A stretch of DNA of 64,000 nucleotides from an uncultured virus (IMG/VR IMGVR_UViG_3300042191_000126). Its lineage: Duplodnaviria; Heunggongvirae; Uroviricota; Caudoviricetes. Both the position numbers and the translations under genes were made by a program. Of this stretch, positions 28,227-36,571 are shown piece after piece. Where the stretch lies: the IMG/VR virus record IMGVR_UViG_3300042191_000126. One strand, given 5' to 3'. The first letter of the stretch is position 1, and each line of letters opens with the position of its first letter. Below the pieces are notes generated by a model, which worked only from the letters and a program-made list of their open reading frames with translations, was not told where the DNA came from and ran no database searches.

Positions 28227-28407
28227 CCATCTACGCCCGGTGCGTCTGTTCGGCCGCGACTACTATTGGCGCGCCGAGCCAAAACCGCCCGCTCCAACTG
28301 ATGCCCGCCGTGCCATGGCCCGACCCTCCCGAGATACGGCCGGAAGACCTGTACTCGGAACTGGTCCGCCTGTACACCCGCCCACTCCCACTGCCCGGAG
28401 AAACCAG

Positions 28408-28689
28408 ATGACGCATCCAGAGATCGCCCGTATCCGCAAGACCATCAAGACCGTCGCCGACGACGTTCAAGCCGTCATCGGCGAGAACCCCGACGAGTCC
28501 AATCAGGGCATGTGGCTTCTCGCTGGTGTCGTCATCGGCCTCGGAGCGGCTTCGCGTGTCGTAGCGGGTGACAGTGCGACAAAGGCCGTTGAGGCGGTCG
28601 AGCAGGCCATGTATGCGGGTATCGGGAAGGCTGTATTGGACGGAAAGTTGAGCGGCGCGGGGGCGGCCAAGGAGACCCCCGATGCCTGA
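28408..28689 (+). CDS. Hypothetical protein
   Basis: GGAG RBS. Confidence 0.6.
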   Translation: MTHPEIARIRKTIKTVADDVQAVIGENPDESNQGMWLLAGVVIGLGAASRVVAGDSATKAVEAVEQAMYAGIGKAVLDGKLSGAGAAKETPDA

Positions 28690-29287
28690 CTTGCACGGCT
28701 GGTTGACCCGGAAGATTGACGCCACTGAGGACACTGCACGGAAGGCCGCCGCGCTGTGCGGCTGCCACCCGCCCGCACCAGCCTGGTCGTTCCGCGACGG
28801 TGACGAACCGACCGACGGGCGGATCCTCGTGGTCGACGATCCGCACCCCGACATGAAGCGGAAGATCAGCCGCAAGAAGTGGAACGGCTCCTACGATGGC
28901 CTGTTCATGGCCGAGCACATCGTCCGCCACGACCCGGCCGCGGTGTTGCGCCGTTGCGCCGCCGACCGGAAGATCATCGCCCGCCACCAGCTCGACCCCG
29001 ACGTGTACTGGGCGCCCGCCTGCAACGGCTGCGGCACCTACGGCGACCAAGACATGCCGTACACCGACAACTTGAACGAGTGCCCCGAACTCCTCGACCT
29101 CGCCGAGGGGTACGGCATCACCACAGAGATCCTCGCCGGACTCGACCAACCCGCCCCGCCGGAACGGCCCGCACCCAGGCCGGGCGGCATCTACAGCGCG
29201 CTTCACGCCGCCATCCCAGCACACTCACCTCGCCGAGGTGACGTCCCGCCCACGCTCCGCGGCCCCAACTGGAAGACAAGCCCTTGA
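28682..29287 (+). CDS. DUF6221-like protein (second copy)
   Basis: AEHIVRHDPAAVLRRCAADRKIIARH. Confidence 0.75.
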   Translation: MPDLHGWLTRKIDATEDTARKAAALCGCHPPAPAWSFRDGDEPTDGRILVVDDPHPDMKRKISRKKWNGSYDGLFMAEHIVRHDPAAVLRRCAADRKIIARHQLDPDVYWAPACNGCGTYGDQDMPYTDNLNECPELLDLAEGYGITTEILAGLDQPAPPERPAPRPGGIYSALHAAIPAHSPRRGDVPPTLRGPNWKTSP

Positions 29288-29691
29288 GTACCTGCGCCAA
29301 CTGCCTCGAACCCGGTATCCACGACTACAGCACACACGACTGCCCCGGTCCCGGAGAGATCGTCCTCACCCGCGAGCTCGGGCGTGGCCTCGTTGTCCTC
29401 AGTGCGGACCGCCGCAGTCGTATAACCCTTGAACTCCTCGCGAACGGCACATGGGGCCTGGACATGTGCGGCCCCGATCTGATCAACATCGCCGATCAGG
29501 TCCTGTACCAGATCACTGGGTACGACCCTGAGTCGTGCGCACTGACACTGGAACTGGTGGAGGACTGGCGCCCGGTACCTCACCGGCAATTCAGCGAAGC
29601 CGAGGCCGAGGCGATCAAGACACGCTGGCGGGAGCGGTACGGCAAGCCCGGAACCTGCAACCACGAACCAACCGAGGAGCAGCGCCCTTGA
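29284..29691 (+). CDS. Hypothetical protein
   Basis: Coupled ORF. Confidence 0.6.
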   Translation: MSTCANCLEPGIHDYSTHDCPGPGEIVLTRELGRGLVVLSADRRSRITLELLANGTWGLDMCGPDLINIADQVLYQITGYDPESCALTLELVEDWRPVPHRQFSEAEAEAIKTRWRERYGKPGTCNHEPTEEQRP

Positions 29692-30008
29692 CCGCACGCC
29701 TCATCTCCAGCCGCACCCTCTGGGGCCTCCACGTCTCCCAAGGCCGCGCCCCCGAAATCAGCTACTGGGCAGCCGCCAACGCACTCGCACCCGAAGACGT
29801 CAGCGTCAACCATGACATCACCATCGAGGACAGCTCCGATGGGCGAGTGATCCACTACCGCGCATACCTGCGCAACAGCGCGGGGCGGAAGCACGTCGAT
29901 CCGGCAGGGTCCGGCGAGGCCCTCACGGAGGAACGCGTGGTGCCGCTCGTGGTGGAGCCGCCAGAGGGCTGGCCGGTGTACGCCCTGACCGAGAGGCCCA
30001 CCACATGA
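29688..30008 (+). CDS. Hypothetical protein
   Basis: GAGGAG RBS, TTG start. Confidence 0.6.
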   Translation: MTARLISSRTLWGLHVSQGRAPEISYWAAANALAPEDVSVNHDITIEDSSDGRVIHYRAYLRNSAGRKHVDPAGSGEALTEERVVPLVVEPPEGWPVYALTERPTT

Positions 30009-30337
30009 GCAACGTGACCGATGTGTTCGTCATCATCGGCGATACCGAAGGCGCCAACGCCGAAACGATCGCACCCAAAGTCGCCGAGGCCATCTGCGCC
30101 TTCATCTGCGACGAGCCGGGCAGCCTCCCCGTCATCTCGGTGAGGCGGGACGACTGGCAGTCCCTCCAGAGCGGCAAAGTCGCTGGCGGCGCAGCGATCT
30201 GGTTCGGCTGGAACTACGGCTATCCGGATGAGCTGGAGGAGCACCTGAAAGCTGCGGGCTTCACGCACATCACGGTGTGGTCGCACCACGAGTTCGGGGG
30301 CAGGGACGGCATCCCCCCAAGGGTGGTGAGCTGGTGA
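30005..30337 (+). CDS. Hypothetical protein
   Basis: Coupled ORF. Confidence 0.65.
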   Translation: MSNVTDVFVIIGDTEGANAETIAPKVAEAICAFICDEPGSLPVISVRRDDWQSLQSGKVAGGAAIWFGWNYGYPDELEEHLKAAGFTHITVWSHHEFGGRDGIPPRVVSW

Positions 30338-30552
30338 GCGCCTACGACGACGCCAGCGAGCCCGCCCGCGCCCTCCTCGCCAGCTTCGACGAAATCCAAC
30401 TCGCTGAGATGCTCGCCGCTGCGAGTTCACGTGTCCGGCGCGTCCGGGAGTTGCACCGCGACGAGTACGGATCCTGCTCGGAGTGCACCCACGTCATGTC
30501 AGTCCCGTACCCATGCCCGACCATCCGCGCCCTCGACTGGCAGACCTCGTAG
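30334..30552 (+). CDS. Small Zn-binding protein
   Basis: VRELH...CSEC...YPCPTIRAL. Confidence 0.65.
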   Translation: MSAYDDASEPARALLASFDEIQLAEMLAAASSRVRRVRELHRDEYGSCSECTHVMSVPYPCPTIRALDWQTS

Positions 30553-30561
30553 GCTGGGCCG

Positions 30562-30774
30562 GTGCTGACGATCAATGTGGCGGTGCTGCTGGCCATCGTC
30601 ATCGTGCTACGGCTGCGGCGGGCGACGGCAGCACGGAGCCGGTTCGACGAGAAACTGACAGTGGCCGTCGTGCTCGTGTTCGGTGTGCTGATCGCGCCCA
30701 CGGATTTCGGGCGGGGGGTTTTGAGCGCTCTGGGGCAGCTCGTGCAGGGTGTCTCGCAGGCCGGCGGTCCGTAG
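30562..30774 (+). CDS. Small two-TM membrane protein
   Basis: Two hydrophobic helices. Confidence 0.65.
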   Translation: MLTINVAVLLAIVIVLRLRRATAARSRFDEKLTVAVVLVFGVLIAPTDFGRGVLSALGQLVQGVSQAGGP

Positions 30775-30932
30775 GCTGCGCTGCGGGGGGACTGCCTGTC
30801 GTATCCCCCGGGTATGGTGCGAGAGGCCGTTCGGGTGGGCATCCCCGGGCGGCCTCTCGCGTCCCGGGCGAGCATGACGCCGATGTCGGAGGTATCGCCC
30901 GCGCTCCGCGGCCCCAACCAGGAGGCACGCCC

Positions 30933-31118
30933 ATGAGACCCTGGCTCGCAGGCATCACAGCAGGTCTGATCATCTACCCGGTCGCCCACTTCGGCGCACA
31001 CTGGAGTTACGGCGACTCGACGCTGATCGCCGCGCTGTGGGCGGTCATGGTGTACAGCGTGGCTTACATGATCGGCAACCCCGAACCCGGCGTCCCCTGG
31101 CGGAGGAGCAGACCGTAG
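30933..31118 (+). CDS. Small membrane protein
   Basis: AGGAGG RBS; two hydrophobic segments. Confidence 0.6.
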   Translation: MRPWLAGITAGLIIYPVAHFGAHWSYGDSTLIAALWAVMVYSVAYMIGNPEPGVPWRRSRP

Positions 31119-31253
31119 ACCGAACCTGACAGCACTGCGCCCCACCCCTACGCGCGAGTGGGGCGCCGCCGCATCTAAGCCGCGGTCACCTCCTGCTGAT
31201 GGCCCCACCCGCAGACTTCCGGCCGGGCGGTCTCGACACCGCCCGGCAATCCA

Positions 31254-31583
31254 TCACCCGGCCGACGGCCCGTCGGCCTTCCTCGCGGCCCGCCTCGCGG
31301 CATCCTGCTTTCGGCGCTCCCACCCGCTCAGCCCTTGCCCGATCTGCTGCGCACGGGCAGGCGTGATACTGCCGATGATGTCGGCGATCTCCTTCCAGGA
31401 CTTGCCTTGCGTCCGGAGCGCCTGGACGCGGCGCTGCCGCAACGCCCGCAGCCGCTTCTGGTACTCGGGCCAGACTTTCAGGGCCTCCGAAACTTCAGCA
31501 GTGCACCGCTCGTCGTCCTCGATGGCCTCCAGTGCCTCGATGGCCTCCAAGAGCCGCCTCCTCTCCTCAGACTCGATTGTCAC
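31254..31583 (-). CDS. HTH regulator divergent from the transfer-like operon
   Basis: GKSWKEIADIIGSITPARAQQI. Confidence 0.75.
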   Translation of the reverse strand: MTIESEERRRLLEAIEALEAIEDDERCTAEVSEALKVWPEYQKRLRALRQRRVQALRTQGKSWKEIADIIGSITPARAQQIGQGLSGWERRKQDAARRAARKADGPSAG

Positions 31584-31837
31584 TCCCCGCTCTCCTTCCG
31601 GCTGCGGAGACGGCCACGCACAGAGTAAGTCCCGGGGTTGCGCGAATCAACCCTGGGACTTATTTTGGGTAGGCGCGACCGTGCCCTTTGGTCTCGTGCC
31701 CCAACAAGTCGGCCCCGACGGAGGTGCAACTCCGCCGGGGCCAGCCACCACCTGACGCAACAGGAGATGACAGTGCAGCGTACCGATCACGGCGCCCGCC
31801 GGAACAGCACCCCGGCCCAGCAGGACGGGGGCCGACG

Positions 31838-32026
31838 ATGAGCAGCCTCGGAAACCCCGGCACCGGCCACGTCACACCCATGAGCGACGCCGACCGCATC
31901 CAAGGCCAGATCGACCGCGACGAGATCCGCACCGGCCCCGACGCCGCACGGGAAATCGCCACCCGGATCGAAAACGAGGGCGGCTTCTGGGCCCGCCCCG
32001 GCCACCCCGAGAGGAGCGGACGGTGA
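31838..32026 (+). CDS. Small hypothetical protein
   Basis: Coupled chain of small ORFs. Confidence 0.55.
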   Translation: MSSLGNPGTGHVTPMSDADRIQGQIDRDEIRTGPDAAREIATRIENEGGFWARPGHPERSGR

Positions 32027-32166
32027 GCGGCCTTCCCGAGATCGAGCTCCAGCACCTCCTCGACCCCCTCGACGACCAGTTCGCTGCACTCGCAGCCGGG
32101 CACCCCGACACCCCCACGGAGCCCCGCATGCAGCCCGCCGAACAGGACGTGGAGGTCCAGTCGTGA
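32023..32166 (+). CDS. Small hypothetical protein
   Basis: GAGGAG RBS; manual translation VSGLPEIELQHLLDPLDD. Confidence 0.5.
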   Translation: MSGLPEIELQHLLDPLDDQFAALAAGHPDTPTEPRMQPAEQDVEVQS

Positions 32167-32297
32167 GCGCAGACCAGCAGTCCGGCCCCTGCCACGCCTG
32201 CGGCGGCGCCGGAGGGACCGTCGAGACCGACCAGGACGACGGTATCTTCCGCCAGACCTGGCGCCCGTGCACCGACTGCAACGGCAGCCAGCAGTAA
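32163..32297 (+). CDS. Small DnaJ-type CxxCxGxG zinc-finger protein
   Basis: Manual translation PCHACGGAGG...PCTDCNG. Confidence 0.65.
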   Translation: MSADQQSGPCHACGGAGGTVETDQDDGIFRQTWRPCTDCNGSQQ

Positions 32298-32306
32298 CCC
32301 ACCACA

Positions 32307-32353
32307 GCCCCTGCCACGACCGCGTGCGGCCCACTCGTGATGGGCCAGGGGCA
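32307..32353 (+). ncRNA. tRNA-like mini-structure 1
   Basis: GCCCCTG/CAGGGGC 7-bp stem plus GCCCA-CTCGTGA-TGGGC arm. Confidence 0.5.
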
Positions 32354-32390
32354 CTCCGGCCACACCGGCCGGGCACGAGAGGAGCACCCC

Positions 32391-32573
32391 ATGTCCAACA
32401 GGTACCGAGACGCACGCGACGCCGTGTACGAGGCCCACTGCGACTCCGGCAGCGTCGAGGAGTCCCGGCTGCGGGTGGCCCAGATCAGCGGCGAGTTCAC
32501 GGAGGCCGAGATCAACGCAGCCCACAACGAACTCGCCGACGACGGAGGCGACACCGGCTACTGGGGCCGCTAA
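32391..32573 (+). CDS. Small acidic hypothetical protein
   Basis: GAGGAG RBS. Confidence 0.6.
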   Translation: MSNRYRDARDAVYEAHCDSGSVEESRLRVAQISGEFTEAEINAAHNELADDGGDTGYWGR

Positions 32574-32643
32574 CCCGACAGCCCGGGCGGGATCCGGTCC
32601 CGCCCGGGACACGCACCCACACGACCGACCCGAGAGGACACCC

Positions 32644-32964
32644 GTGCTCACCAGCCAGCAACTCGCCGCGATCGCAGCCCGAGCCGAGGGCGTCCGCGAG
32701 TACGCGTACCTGCCCGATGACGCCGACGGCCTGGCCAGCGAGGACGTCCCGGCCCTCATCGCAGAGATCCGCCGCCTGCAAGCACTCGTCGCCGCAGACG
32801 ACACCACCGGGGCCGTCTGCGGCCAGTGCCGCCGGCCCTTCGACCCCACCGACACCCGCTGGGACGGCCACGCCCAGCACCGCAGCACCGGCTTCTGCCG
32901 CAGCTGTACCGACCACTGCCAATCCAGCGAAATCGCCGACCACCGCTGCAACGTCTGCCGCTGA
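32644..32964 (+). CDS. Cys-rich protein sharing its N-terminal module with 14811
   Basis: QQLAAIAARAEGVREY..LPDD.DGLA..DVPALIAEIRR; CGQC, CRSC..HC, HRCNVC. Confidence 0.7.
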   Translation: MLTSQQLAAIAARAEGVREYAYLPDDADGLASEDVPALIAEIRRLQALVAADDTTGAVCGQCRRPFDPTDTRWDGHAQHRSTGFCRSCTDHCQSSEIADHRCNVCR

Positions 32965-32981
32965 CCCGAAAGGAACCCGAC

Positions 32982-33146
32982 ATGGCCGACGACCACGAGG
33001 ACACCGACTACTACGGCAGCAACGAGGACGTGTTCACCGCATCCGAGCTGTACGAGATGGACCGCGACACGGAATACCGGCTCGACGCCGCCGACGACGC
33101 CCGCAACACCGAAGCCACCGACGCAGCCGAGGCCGAGAACCGCTGA
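32982..33146 (+). CDS. Small acidic hypothetical protein
   Basis: AAAGGA RBS. Confidence 0.55.
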   Translation: MADDHEDTDYYGSNEDVFTASELYEMDRDTEYRLDAADDARNTEATDAAEAENR

Positions 33147-33152
33147 CCGACA

Positions 33153-33212
33153 GCCCCTGCCCCCGACGCTACGGCCGGAGGGCAGCCCGTTCGAGCCGGG
33201 CCAGGGGCACCA
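33153..33212 (+). ncRNA. tRNA-like mini-structure 2 (acceptor stem, T-arm, A-CCA end)
   Basis: GCCCCTG...GCCCG-TTCGAGC-CGGGC-CAGGGGC-A-CCA; 60 nt, too short for a full cloverleaf. Confidence 0.6.
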
Positions 33213-33248
33213 CCCTCAACCCGATCCGACCCGAGAGAGGAACACGCC

Positions 33249-33494
33249 ATGCGACACCACCCCAACCGACTCCTCCAACGCCTCCTCGCCGCCGCCCTCA
33301 TCACCCTCGCCGCCATGCACCCAGGCGCCGTCACCACCATCGCCCGCCTCGCCGCTGGCCTCATCCTCGCCACCGTCAACGGCATCACCCACGCCGCCAC
33401 CGAACAACCCGCCGCAGCCCTCCTCACCGCCGGCGCCCTCTACATCGCACACCAAGCCCGCACCACCCGCCGCCCAGCCCGAACCCGCCACTAA
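33249..33494 (+). CDS. Small hydrophobic membrane protein (Spd-like)
   Basis: Two to three hydrophobic segments; GAGAGG RBS. Confidence 0.65.
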   Translation: MRHHPNRLLQRLLAAALITLAAMHPGAVTTIARLAAGLILATVNGITHAATEQPAAALLTAGALYIAHQARTTRRPARTRH

Positions 33495-33508
33495 CGGAGC
33501 CCACCACC

Positions 33509-34390
33509 ATGCCCCAGCCCACCATCCGCCCCGTCACCCGCAACGGCCGCACCCACTACGTCGAAGAACCCGGCAAGCTCCCACCCCTCACCCTCGACGA
33601 AAAGATCATGCGCGCTGTCGGGGTCGCCACCGCACTCGTCGTCACCGGAGCCCTCCTCTGGTCCACCGTCAGCGTCGGCGCCATGCTCGATGCCGTCGCA
33701 CCCACCTGGGCGGCCTACATGATTGCCGCCGTATTCGACCTGGCGTGGATCGTCGCCATGGCAACTGAGTACGTCCTGCGGTTCGAACCCGTCCGCCAGA
33801 AGGTCCCCAAGACCCTCGGCTGGGGAGCCCTACTCGTGTCGATGGCAGCGATCTTTGCGCACGGCGCGCTCCTCAGCTCCCCCTGGATCGGAGCATTCGG
33901 AGCCGTCGTCTCCGCACTCGCCAAAGGACTTTGGTGGCTCACCATGTACGCCACCAGCCGACGCCTGGACCAGGACACACAAGCATGGCTGAACCTCGAA
34001 CTCGGCGAGGTCCACGCCCGCCGAGCCGAGCAGATGGCCCTCGCGCGAGTGGAGAGAGAACGCGTCCGCTACACACTGAACCGCCCAGCGGACACTGTCC
34101 ACACCGTTGTCCGGGACAGTCCGGACAGGGCATCCGGACGTCCGGACGAATATCCGGACGCCGCACCGGACACGTCCGGACGCAAGCCACTGGCCAGCCA
34201 GGACACCCGTCCGGACCCACTCCGGGAGATCGCGGACGACGCCGTCGGCCCGTCCGACCTTGTCCGTGCCCTGTCCGGACACGGCCTCCGCGATAACGAC
34301 CTCGTGAAAACCGCTACACGCCTGCGCCCGGATATGAACGCAGACAGCATCCGCCGTACCGCGAAGCGCATCACCGGCCCCTACCTGTAA
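33509..34390 (+). CDS. SpdB-like multi-TM protein with coiled coil and C-terminal HTH-like end
   Basis: About four TM helices (AAYMIAAVFDLAW), charged helix, Pro/Asp linker, MNADSIRRTAKR. Confidence 0.65.
   Translation: MPQPTIRPVTRNGRTHYVEEPGKLPPLTLDEKIMRAVGVATALVVTGALLWSTVSVGAMLDAVAPTWAAYMIAAVFDLAWIVAMATEYVLRFEPVRQKVPKTLGWGALLVSMAAIFAHGALLSSPWIGAFGAVVSALAKGLWWLTMYATSRRLDQDTQAWLNLELGEVHARRAEQMALARVERERVRYTLNRPADTVHTVVRDSPDRASGRPDEYPDAAPDTSGRKPLASQDTRPDPLREIADDAVGPSDLVRALSGHGLRDNDLVKTATRLRPDMNADSIRRTAKRITGPYL
34120..34280. repeat. TCCGGAC repeat cluster
   Basis: Exact copies at 34120, 34133, 34141, 34153, 34175, 34210, 34274; two more at 34893 and 34903. Confidence 0.8.
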
Positions 34391-34452
34391 GCCGCCCGCC
34401 CTCTGGCCCCCGGCACCCAGCGGGGGCCGCGCCGCCCACCGGAGCCACCACC

Positions 34453-36219
34453 GTGAAGTTCACCCGCGCCGACCTCGCCACCACTCTCGTCCTGCCCAGC
34501 CTCGTCTCCGCCGCCGCCCTCGCCGCGGACATGCAGTACGGCACCCACGCCGCCGCCGCCGAACTCGTCACTGTCATCGCGTCCGGTTCCCTGTCGTGGA
34601 CGTCGTTCTCCAGGAAGTGGCCCGGCAGTCTCTCCTGGTCCGCCATGGGCGCGGCCGGAATGTTCACGCAGGCGTGGGTAACCACCGCCATCGGAGGCGG
34701 AGCAACGCTCTACGCCTGGCTCGCCGCCGCCGCGGCCACCGGCGCAGCACGGGGCGTATACCGGCACCACACCCGCCACGACCACATGAAACTGAGCATG
34801 GAGGCCGTGAAGTTGCAGACCGCGCTCGTCGGCCAGCAGATCCGACAGCAGCAACTCGCCAAACTCACCGCCCAGGACACTTCCCCAGCGGGTCCGGACC
34901 TGTCCGGACGCACCCCGGAAGAGACCCGGATGAGGACCGTCATCCACACGCTGTTCGCCGCTGAACTGCCCGGATGCACCGTCGAACGCACCCGGACAGG
35001 CTGGACAGCCGTCCTCGACCTGCCCGTAAACCTCGACCGGAACAAACTCCGAACCGCCTGGCCCAAGGTCGCGTCCGGCATGGGCGTGGCTGGGGAATTC
35101 GTCCTCGGCGATGGGGCTCTCACGAACCAGCTCGTGGCCCGGTTCGTCGACGGTGACCCGCTCTCCGCTGTTGTCCCCTACACGCGGCAGACCGCCGGCC
35201 GGTTCACTGACCCGGTCCATCTCGGCATAGACCGGTTCCTGAACCCGGTCACCGTCGAACTGGCCTACGCCCACACCCTGATCGCTGGGTCGTCGAAGTT
35301 CGGCAAGTCCACGATCGGCAGGTCGATCGTCATCCAGCTTGCGGACCGCCCGGACACCGTGGTCTACGGCATGGACCTCAAGCCCGGAGCGCCCGAGATG
35401 ACCCCGCTCAGGCCGATCCTTCAAGACGTCGCCGAGACCGCCGAGCAGGCCCACACGATGCTGGACTGGCTGAAGGCCGAGCTCACCGAACGCGGCAACA
35501 TCCTCGCCAAAGCAGGGGACCAGGAGTGGGACCCCGCCAAACACGGCCGGCCCGCACTGTGGGTGGTCATCGATGAGCTCGCCGAACTGGTGAGGCAGGC
35601 CGACGTCGGCGAGTGGAAGAAGGACCCGGCGTCGAAGAAGATGGAGTCCCTGCTCGCGCTGGCGAGGTTCGCGGCAATGCAGTTCATCGCCATGACGCAG
35701 CAGCCCTCCCGGAAGGTTTTCGGCGGGACAACGGACGCCCGTGGGAACTACTCGGTGCGCCTGTCCACACGCATGGCTGACCGGGATCACCGCCGGTTCG
35801 TGTTCGGCACCACCCCAGGCTGGGAGCCCGGCGACCTGGACGCCCCGGGGAAGTTCTTGCTCCAGTCGCCGGATCACCAGCAGCCGCAGCCGTACAAGGG
35901 CATGTGGCTGACGAAGGACGAGTTCACTGCCGAGGTCGCCCGGATCGGCCGTGAGACGGCGAAGGCCCCGGTGGGGAAGCGGCTGGTGCTGCCTGTGCCG
36001 GGTGGGACGAACCAGGAGAAGGTGCGGGCAGCGCTGCTCAAGTACGGGAACATGACCCGCCGTGAACTGGAGGCCGCGACCGAACTGGAGGAACGGCAGG
36101 TACTGAAGGCGATAGAAGGCCTGAAGCCGGAGGCTGAGCGCACCGACGCTGGAACGTGGCGATTGGTGCCTGTGGACGCGTGGGAGGCGCAGGCGGTGTC
36201 TGTCTCTACAGACCGGTGA
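34453..36219 (+). CDS. FtsK/SpoIIIE-family DNA translocase, TraB-like
   Basis: N-terminal TMs; Walker A IAGSSKFGKST, GMDLK, Walker B VVIDELAEL, MTQQP; C-terminal wHTH MTRRELEAATEL. Confidence 0.88.
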   Translation: MKFTRADLATTLVLPSLVSAAALAADMQYGTHAAAAELVTVIASGSLSWTSFSRKWPGSLSWSAMGAAGMFTQAWVTTAIGGGATLYAWLAAAAATGAARGVYRHHTRHDHMKLSMEAVKLQTALVGQQIRQQQLAKLTAQDTSPAGPDLSGRTPEETRMRTVIHTLFAAELPGCTVERTRTGWTAVLDLPVNLDRNKLRTAWPKVASGMGVAGEFVLGDGALTNQLVARFVDGDPLSAVVPYTRQTAGRFTDPVHLGIDRFLNPVTVELAYAHTLIAGSSKFGKSTIGRSIVIQLADRPDTVVYGMDLKPGAPEMTPLRPILQDVAETAEQAHTMLDWLKAELTERGNILAKAGDQEWDPAKHGRPALWVVIDELAELVRQADVGEWKKDPASKKMESLLALARFAAMQFIAMTQQPSRKVFGGTTDARGNYSVRLSTRMADRDHRRFVFGTTPGWEPGDLDAPGKFLLQSPDHQQPQPYKGMWLTKDEFTAEVARIGRETAKAPVGKRLVLPVPGGTNQEKVRAALLKYGNMTRRELEAATELEERQVLKAIEGLKPEAERTDAGTWRLVPVDAWEAQAVSVSTDR

Positions 36220-36571
36220 ACGTGCAGGTCGGGGAGATTGCGCGGGGTCCCTTAGGGGGTCCCGCGCAGGGCTGTGAGGGGTCCGGAAAGCTGCTCGCTG
36301 CCGGACCCTTCGGGGGACCGTGTTCAGGCTGGCGTGCAGAGCAGTCACTACGTCTGTAGTTGACAAAGGTGGCGTCAGTGTCCCACCGTAGGGCTGCGCG
36401 TTCTTAACGCGCCCAAAAACCGACCACTCGGCCCCCTGCCAACCCGTCCCGGCAGGGGGCCGCAGTGCGTCACAAGGCCATTCGCGGTGGCGGATGGGGT
36501 GGTGGGCAGCCAGCCGCCCGGGGACCCCAAGCCCCGGGCGGCAACCACACACCTTGAGGGGAGGCGCGATC

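Noticed and set aside
33153..33212. Canonical tRNA gene or att site
   Set aside because: Only 60 nt with no proper D and anticodon arms, and no matching second copy at a prophage end; kept as tRNA-like only
32267..33508. N-terminal extension of the 707-aa ORF
   Set aside because: Overlaps several small genes with their own RBS; real start is ATG 33509
34453..36219. Type VII secretion EccC or chromosomal FtsK
   Set aside because: Single ATPase domain, no WXG100 genes nearby, Spd-like neighbours; TraB-like fits better
36360..36389. Late promoter TTGACA-N18-CACCGT
   Set aside because: Good -35 but weak -10; plausible but not supportable from sequence alone
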